Below are positions 27,139 through 32,000 of a stretch of DNA of 32,000 bases, piece by piece (position 1 is the first letter of the stretch; the number at the start of each line of letters is the position of its first letter). The stretch comes from Acholeplasma laidlawii PG-8A. Its GTDB lineage: Bacteria; Bacillota_I; Bacilli_A; Acholeplasmatales; Acholeplasmataceae. The position numbers and the translations under genes are program-made. The notes under the pieces were generated by a model. That model was not told where the DNA came from, did not search any database, and saw only the letters and a program-made list of their open reading frames with translations. Where the stretch lies: contig NC_010163.1 of assembly GCF_000018785.1 (NCBI RefSeq), positions 480,001 through 512,000 of the forward strand, given 5' to 3'.

Positions 27139-27789
27139 ATGGCAAAGAAATATCGTGCTGTTGAAAGCAAAATTCATTGGTTAACTTGGGTAATTATGGC
27201 TACTTTAGTAACTGCAATGATCGTTTTATTAGTTGTACTTCAACCTGCACCTAAAGATGTATTTTATGATTCATACAGCGCCGTAGCTACAGATGTAAAT
27301 TTTGAAAAGAAATTACCAAAAGATAATAACTATATTTTAATTAATCGTTTAGAAGATGGTTTCTTAGGTATTAACAAAGGTCTATACTCAGTTACAAATA
27401 AAGTTGACCAAGTATCAATCGTGTATTTTGGTGCACCATCTTTAGAAAATGGTAGCAATCATCTAGCAAACGTATATGCAAGATTATATGGATCAGATAA
27501 AGTTGACCCAGTAATTGCACCATCAGATTTATATGTTCAATTAAAAGATCAAGTCAAACTATACCATTTTGAACATGATGGTACAGAATTTAGTAAACTA
27601 GTTGAAAGACTAAATGAAAAATATGAAGACGCAAAAATCGTTGCTTCAAATGTGCCATTTGTCTTAGTGCTACTAAATAATGAAGTTGTTGACTTTGCTG
27701 TATTAAGCGAAGAAAACATTCCACTTCAATTATTTAACTTCTATAATGATGTACTAGCAAGTGATGCTGTACAAGCAATACTCAACTAA
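27139..27789 (+). CDS. Uncharacterised N-terminally membrane-anchored protein, 216 aa
   Basis: One TM segment (WVIMATLVTAMIVLLVVL) followed by a soluble domain. ATG preceded by aaggag. Confidence 0.7.
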   Translation: MAKKYRAVESKIHWLTWVIMATLVTAMIVLLVVLQPAPKDVFYDSYSAVATDVNFEKKLPKDNNYILINRLEDGFLGINKGLYSVTNKVDQVSIVYFGAPSLENGSNHLANVYARLYGSDKVDPVIAPSDLYVQLKDQVKLYHFEHDGTEFSKLVERLNEKYEDAKIVASNVPFVLVLLNNEVVDFAVLSEENIPLQLFNFYNDVLASDAVQAILN

Positions 27790-27798
27790 AAAACATAA

Positions 27799-27826
27799 AA
27801 AAAATACTTCGAACGAAGTATTTTTT
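27799..27826. terminator. Bidirectional terminator between convergent genes
   Basis: aaaaaatacttcg-aa-cgaagtatttttt. Confidence 0.85.
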
Positions 27827-27831
27827 ATTTA

Positions 27832-28089
27832 TTAGAGCAGTTTTTTTAATAATACGCTAATTTCCTCAATCTTTTCTTCTGAACTACCCGCATTAATTGA
27901 GTCAAGTACACAGGTGTTTAAATGATTGACCAGCAGTTCTTTTTGAGCTTTTTTTAAAAGGGCAATTGAAGCGTTAATTTGTGTAGAAATATCTAAACAA
28001 TATCTGTCATCTTCCGTCATTTTAATTACGGACTCCACTTGACCTTGAGCAGTTTTTAGTAGTTTGATTATATTTTTGTGATCATGCAT
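27832..28089 (-). CDS. CsoR/RcnR/FrmR-family metal-sensing repressor
   Basis: KTAQGQVESVIKMTEDDRYCLDISTQINASIALLKKAQKELLVNHLNTCV, with Cys/His/Cys at the expected ligand positions. Start at MHDH (28089) is more plausible than 28128. Confidence 0.88.
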   Translation of the reverse strand: MHDHKNIIKLLKTAQGQVESVIKMTEDDRYCLDISTQINASIALLKKAQKELLVNHLNTCVLDSINAGSSEEKIEEISVLLKKLL

Positions 28090-28108
28090 GATTGTACCTC
28101 GCTTACTT

Positions 28109-28125
28109 ACCCCCTTGTTAGGGGT
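28109..28125. promoter_or_regulatory. G/C-tract inverted repeat, candidate CsoR-family operator
   Basis: acccccttgttaggggt: ACCCC...GGGGT arms just upstream of the minus-strand repressor gene, in an otherwise AT-rich region. Confidence 0.5.
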
Positions 28126-28237
28126 CACTTTATTTTATCACAAAAATATAAAATGTCCAAAAAGTATGAAAAAACTAATGGAAAAAAATAATTTATCCTA
28201 AAAGTTTGATATAATATGATAAATGGAGATGATATGC

Positions 28238-29908
28238 ATGATAGAGCAAATTAAATTAGAGCTCAGACAATTATTATTTGATCATTTAGATATAGAAGAT
28301 GTTGTATTAGAAGTACCTAAAAGGGGCGATTCTGATTTAGCAATTCCATTATTTGGATATCAAAAACAAATGGGTAAAAAATTACCTGAAATCTTTGACT
28401 TATTTAAAGATATATTAATTCAACATCGTTTAGTAGAATCTGTAGTATTTACTGCAGGGTTTTTAAACATCTATCTAAAACGAGTGGATGTATCCAAATC
28501 TATTTTAAATTCAATACATGATGAGAAGCAATCCTTTGGTACACAACCAAATAATAATAAAACTATTGTTATCGACTATTCCTCACCTAATATTGCTAAA
28601 AGCTTTAGCGTTGGTCATTTACGTTCAACGGTTATCGGTAATAGTTTAAAATTAATTTACCAAAAATTAGGTTATAACGTTGTAGGGATTAATCACCTAG
28701 GTGATTGGGGTACACAATTTGGATCTATGATGGTTGCATACCGTATGTGGGGCGACAAAGATAAAATTAAGGCTAATCCTATTGATGAGCTTCAAGCACT
28801 TTATGTGCGTTTTCACGAGGCAGCTGAAAAAGATGAATCATTAAAACAAAAGGCTCGCGATGCTTTCTTAAAACTAGAACAAGGGGATCCAGAATACACA
28901 AAATTATGGACATATTTTAGAGAAGTATCCCTGCAAGAATTTATGACTATGTATGATATTTTAGATGTTAGTTTTGATAGTTATAATGGTGAAGCATTCT
29001 ATAATGATAAAATGGATAGAGTAGTTAAAGAATTAGAAGATAAACATTTACTCGTCGAAGATCAAGGTGCGATGGTTGTCAAATTAGAAGATGACACACC
29101 ACCTGTACTAATTAAAAGAAGTGATGGTGCAACACTATATACTACAAGAGATCTAGCAGCACTACTGTATAGAAATGATACATATCATTTTGATAAGGCA
29201 TTATATGTTGTTGGTAATGAACAAAAACTCCATTTTGAAAACTTGAAGAAAGTTGTCAAAATGATGGGTTATGATTTTAATATTGAACACATTAATTTTG
29301 GCCTTGTTTTACAAGATGGTAAAAAGATGTCTACTAGAAAAGGTAAGACAACAAAGTTAGACTATGTGTTAAATCAAGCCGTATTAAAAGCAAAACAAGC
29401 AATTGAAGAAAAGAATCCCAACTTAGAAAATAAAGATCAAGTAGCCAAAGTTGTAGGTATTGGTGCTGTTATCTTTAATGACCTTAAAAATGATAGAACT
29501 TTAAATATTGAATTTGATTTAGATGGTATGCTTAAGTTTGAAGGACAAACTGGGCCATATCTGTTATATTCTATCGTAAGAATTTTCTCTATTCTAAAAT
29601 CAAATACAATAGATATTACTCAAGTAGACTATACACTATATCAAGATGAAATCTATTATAGTTTAATTAAAGTACTTGATCAATTCCCAAGTGTTGTACA
29701 AAGAGCAGCAGAAAGTTATTCACCATCTACAGTAGCTAAATATTTATTACAATTATCACAAGAATTTAATACATTTTATGCTAAAGTAAAAATTAATGAT
29801 AGTAATGATGTTGTAAGACAAACAAATCTATTATTAGTAGAAAGTATTTTAAATATCTTAATCGAGGGTTTAAGACTTCTAGGTATGAAACATTTAGAAG
29901 CAATGTAA
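28238..29908 (+). CDS. argS: Arginyl-tRNA synthetase
   Basis: SSPNIAKSFSVGHLRSTVIGNSL, HLGDWGTQFG, KMSTRKGKTTKL, C-terminal ALRAM-like anticodon-binding region. Start 28238 with ggag SD; extended -10 TGaTATAAT at 28207-28215. Confidence 0.93.
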   Translation: MIEQIKLELRQLLFDHLDIEDVVLEVPKRGDSDLAIPLFGYQKQMGKKLPEIFDLFKDILIQHRLVESVVFTAGFLNIYLKRVDVSKSILNSIHDEKQSFGTQPNNNKTIVIDYSSPNIAKSFSVGHLRSTVIGNSLKLIYQKLGYNVVGINHLGDWGTQFGSMMVAYRMWGDKDKIKANPIDELQALYVRFHEAAEKDESLKQKARDAFLKLEQGDPEYTKLWTYFREVSLQEFMTMYDILDVSFDSYNGEAFYNDKMDRVVKELEDKHLLVEDQGAMVVKLEDDTPPVLIKRSDGATLYTTRDLAALLYRNDTYHFDKALYVVGNEQKLHFENLKKVVKMMGYDFNIEHINFGLVLQDGKKMSTRKGKTTKLDYVLNQAVLKAKQAIEEKNPNLENKDQVAKVVGIGAVIFNDLKNDRTLNIEFDLDGMLKFEGQTGPYLLYSIVRIFSILKSNTIDITQVDYTLYQDEIYYSLIKVLDQFPSVVQRAAESYSPSTVAKYLLQLSQEFNTFYAKVKINDSNDVVRQTNLLLVESILNILIEGLRLLGMKHLEAM

Positions 29909-29909
29909 T

Positions 29910-30962
29910 ATGGAAAATAATAGTAATAATAACAACAATACAAAATCAAATAAATTATGGTTAAATGGAATCGTTGTAGTAGTTATACTGTTAACGCTTT
30001 TCACTATAGTTGGTAGTTTAAACGATTTTAATGAAATATTAAGTACAATCAAAACCATGGATAACAGGTTTTTATGGCTAGCATTAGGAGCAAGTTTTTT
30101 AAGTTTTGTCTTCTTATCGATTTCTAATCACATTGTACTTAGAGCATTAAATAAAGAGATCAGTTTAGTGGATGGTTTCTTAATTCAGTCGATTGAGACA
30201 TTTTTCAACGGTATCACGCCATTTTCAAGTGGTGCACAACCATTTCAGTTATATTATTATAGAAAAATGGGTGTACCATCTAATCAAGCAACATCCGTAC
30301 TTGCGGTAAACTTTATTATCTTTCAAACGGTATCTGTTACATTATCTACAATCGGTATAGCTATTTATTTCCAAGACATATTAAATGTCATGGGTCATAA
30401 TATCATCTATATACTTATTGGATATACGATAAATACTACGATCCTAGTTGGATTATTCTTATTAGGATATGTTCGAACTGCATATAAATTATTTGAAGCG
30501 ATTTTTACATTCTTTGAGCGATTTAATTGGACTAAAAAAACTGCGAATCGCCTAAAATCAAGAACAGAGAAGTTTGTTGGTGAGTTTCAAGGTGGTGTTA
30601 AGTTCTTATTTACAAAGAAACGTGTATTTATCTTAAGTTCACTTACCAAACTTATTTCTCTAGCTTTATTATATTCAACAACTGTAATCATTGTAAGAGC
30701 ACTTGGTCAAACAATAACCACAACGAATGCGTTTTATCTATTTTATTCGAGTATATTAGCAGTTACAACCATGATGTTTGTACCCCTACCAGGTGCAAGT
30801 GGTGGTACAGAGATTTCTTTCAGTTTACTATTAACAGGTAAAATGCCTAGTGTACAAGTTGTAACTGTCATGTTAATATGGCGTATTATTACTTATTACT
30901 TAGGTTTACTATTTGGCTTTATTGGATTCTTATTATTAAAAACTAGGAGAACTATAAAATGA
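29910..30962 (+). CDS. LPG synthase TM / UPF0104-type polytopic membrane protein (flippase-like)
   Basis: Multiple TM helices, ETFFNGITPFSSGAQPFQLYYYRKMGV, and PLPGASGGTEISFSLLL near the C-terminus. Confidence 0.8.
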   Translation: MENNSNNNNNTKSNKLWLNGIVVVVILLTLFTIVGSLNDFNEILSTIKTMDNRFLWLALGASFLSFVFLSISNHIVLRALNKEISLVDGFLIQSIETFFNGITPFSSGAQPFQLYYYRKMGVPSNQATSVLAVNFIIFQTVSVTLSTIGIAIYFQDILNVMGHNIIYILIGYTINTTILVGLFLLGYVRTAYKLFEAIFTFFERFNWTKKTANRLKSRTEKFVGEFQGGVKFLFTKKRVFILSSLTKLISLALLYSTTVIIVRALGQTITTTNAFYLFYSSILAVTTMMFVPLPGASGGTEISFSLLLTGKMPSVQVVTVMLIWRIITYYLGLLFGFIGFLLLKTRRTIK

Positions 30963-32000
30963 GAATAGGCATATTTTCAGAAGCGTATTTACCACTGATT
31001 TCAGGTGTAGTTACATCAGTAGTTAATTTAAAAGAAGGATTAGAGGCTTTAGGACATGAAGTCTATGTCATTACGCCTATTCCATCTAAAGATAAATTTG
31101 AAAATGATCCAAGTGTAATTCGTATTCCTGGGTGGGTTATACCAAGAAAATCCTTAAAGGGTTTCAGATTAGTTCCTTTTGTTAAAAGATATGTAAGAAA
31201 AATGCGTAAACTAAAGCTTGATGTTGTACATATACACACAGAGTTTTCTATGGGTAAACTAGGTTTAGCAGTTGCCAAAAAAGAACGTATTCCAAGTGTA
31301 TATACATTACATACAAGTTATCAAGACTATACACACTATGTTTCAAAACTTCTTACTAGATTTGCACCAAATGCAGCTAAAAAATTAGCGGGTAAAATAA
31401 ATAATCAATATACTAAAAATTGTCATATGACAATCGTTCCAACTAAGAAAATTTATGATAAAATGATTAGGTTGAAACATGATGGTGAGTTTACAATTAT
31501 CCCTTCAGGTATCAATTTAAAACCTTTTTATAAGTCAAGTTACACATCTGAACAGGTACAAGCACTTAAAGATAAATTAGGTATTAGAAATGATGAATTT
31601 GTAGCAATCCTAGTAGCAAGAATTGCTAAAGAAAAATCAATTGGTGATTTGGTTGAAGCCTTTGTAGAGTTCTATAAATCTTATCCTAACTCTAGATTCA
31701 TCATCATTGGTGATGGTCCAGATAAACCAGTCCTAGATAAACTGATTGATTCTAAAAAAGCATCTAAGTATATTAATACTTTAGGATTTGTCAAAAATGC
31801 AGAAGTAGGTCTTTATTATCAAATTGCAGATGTATTCTTAAATGCATCTACAACTGAAACACAAGGACTAACCTATGTTGAGGCACTTGCAGCTTCCCTT
31901 CCTATTATTGTAAGATATGATGATGTATTTGATGCCTTTGTTGAAGATGGTAAAAATGGTATCTTCTTTAATAAGAATGAAGAACTAGTTAAACATCTCA
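30959..32000 (+). CDS. GT4-family glycosyltransferase, probable 1,2-diacylglycerol 3-glucosyltransferase-like, 3' end outside the window
   Basis: MRIGIFSEAYLPLISGVVTSVVNLKEGLEALGHEVYVITP...IIPSGINLKPF...GDGPDKPVL...NASTTETQGLTYVEALAASLPII (E-x7-E region). ATG overlaps the upstream TGA. Frame not listed in the ORF track. Confidence 0.88.
   Translation, partial: MRIGIFSEAYLPLISGVVTSVVNLKEGLEALGHEVYVITPIPSKDKFENDPSVIRIPGWVIPRKSLKGFRLVPFVKRYVRKMRKLKLDVVHIHTEFSMGKLGLAVAKKERIPSVYTLHTSYQDYTHYVSKLLTRFAPNAAKKLAGKINNQYTKNCHMTIVPTKKIYDKMIRLKHDGEFTIIPSGINLKPFYKSSYTSEQVQALKDKLGIRNDEFVAILVARIAKEKSIGDLVEAFVEFYKSYPNSRFIIIGDGPDKPVLDKLIDSKKASKYINTLGFVKNAEVGLYYQIADVFLNASTTETQGLTYVEALAASLPIIVRYDDVFDAFVEDGKNGIFFNKNEELVKHL

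Noticed and set aside
1-32000. Search for CRISPR arrays, insertion sequences, prophage genes, toxin-antitoxin pairs and tRNA/rRNA genes
   Set aside because: No regularly spaced direct repeats, transposase or integrase motifs, cloverleaf-like sequences or recognisable toxin pairs were seen by eye. A tRNAscan-SE, Infernal and ISfinder run would be needed to confirm.

Overview
AT-rich chromosomal segment from a low-GC Firmicute/Mollicute-type organism that uses TGA as stop. The protein content looks like Acholeplasma; this is inferred from recognition, not from a search. The window is mostly core genome. In order it contains: the 3' part of a large acidic repeat protein; a DUF308-like membrane protein; a long same-strand fatty-acid synthesis operon (accB-accC-accD-accA-fabH-fabD-fabG-fabF-fabZ) ending in a fused biotin-ligase/BioY gene; a ferredoxin-NADP reductase of the thioredoxin-reductase-like type; a PadR regulator with a HAAS-type polytopic membrane protein; potABCD; nusB-xseA-xseB-tlyA-recN; a small minus-strand membrane ORF missing from the ORF track; a Y-family polymerase; a DEAD-box helicase; endonuclease IV; an unknown anchored protein; a CsoR-family repressor; argS; a flippase-like membrane protein; and a GT4 glycosyltransferase running off the right edge. 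I see no CRISPR array, phage, transposon, tRNA or rRNA, and nothing resembling an unknown defence system. The most useful leads are: (1) two FabT-box-like palindromes flanking the acc-fab promoter, although no fabT, acpP or enoyl-ACP reductase gene is in the window; (2) a natural biotin-ligase::BioY fusion whose ligase has a GRGQ loop where GRGR is expected, lacks the usual C-terminal domain, and has an internal in-frame start with a Shine-Dalgarno-like sequence before BioY; (3) paired operator-like palindromes upstream of padR; (4) a charged coiled-coil insertion in PotA; (5) internal repeat architectures in two uncharacterised proteins.
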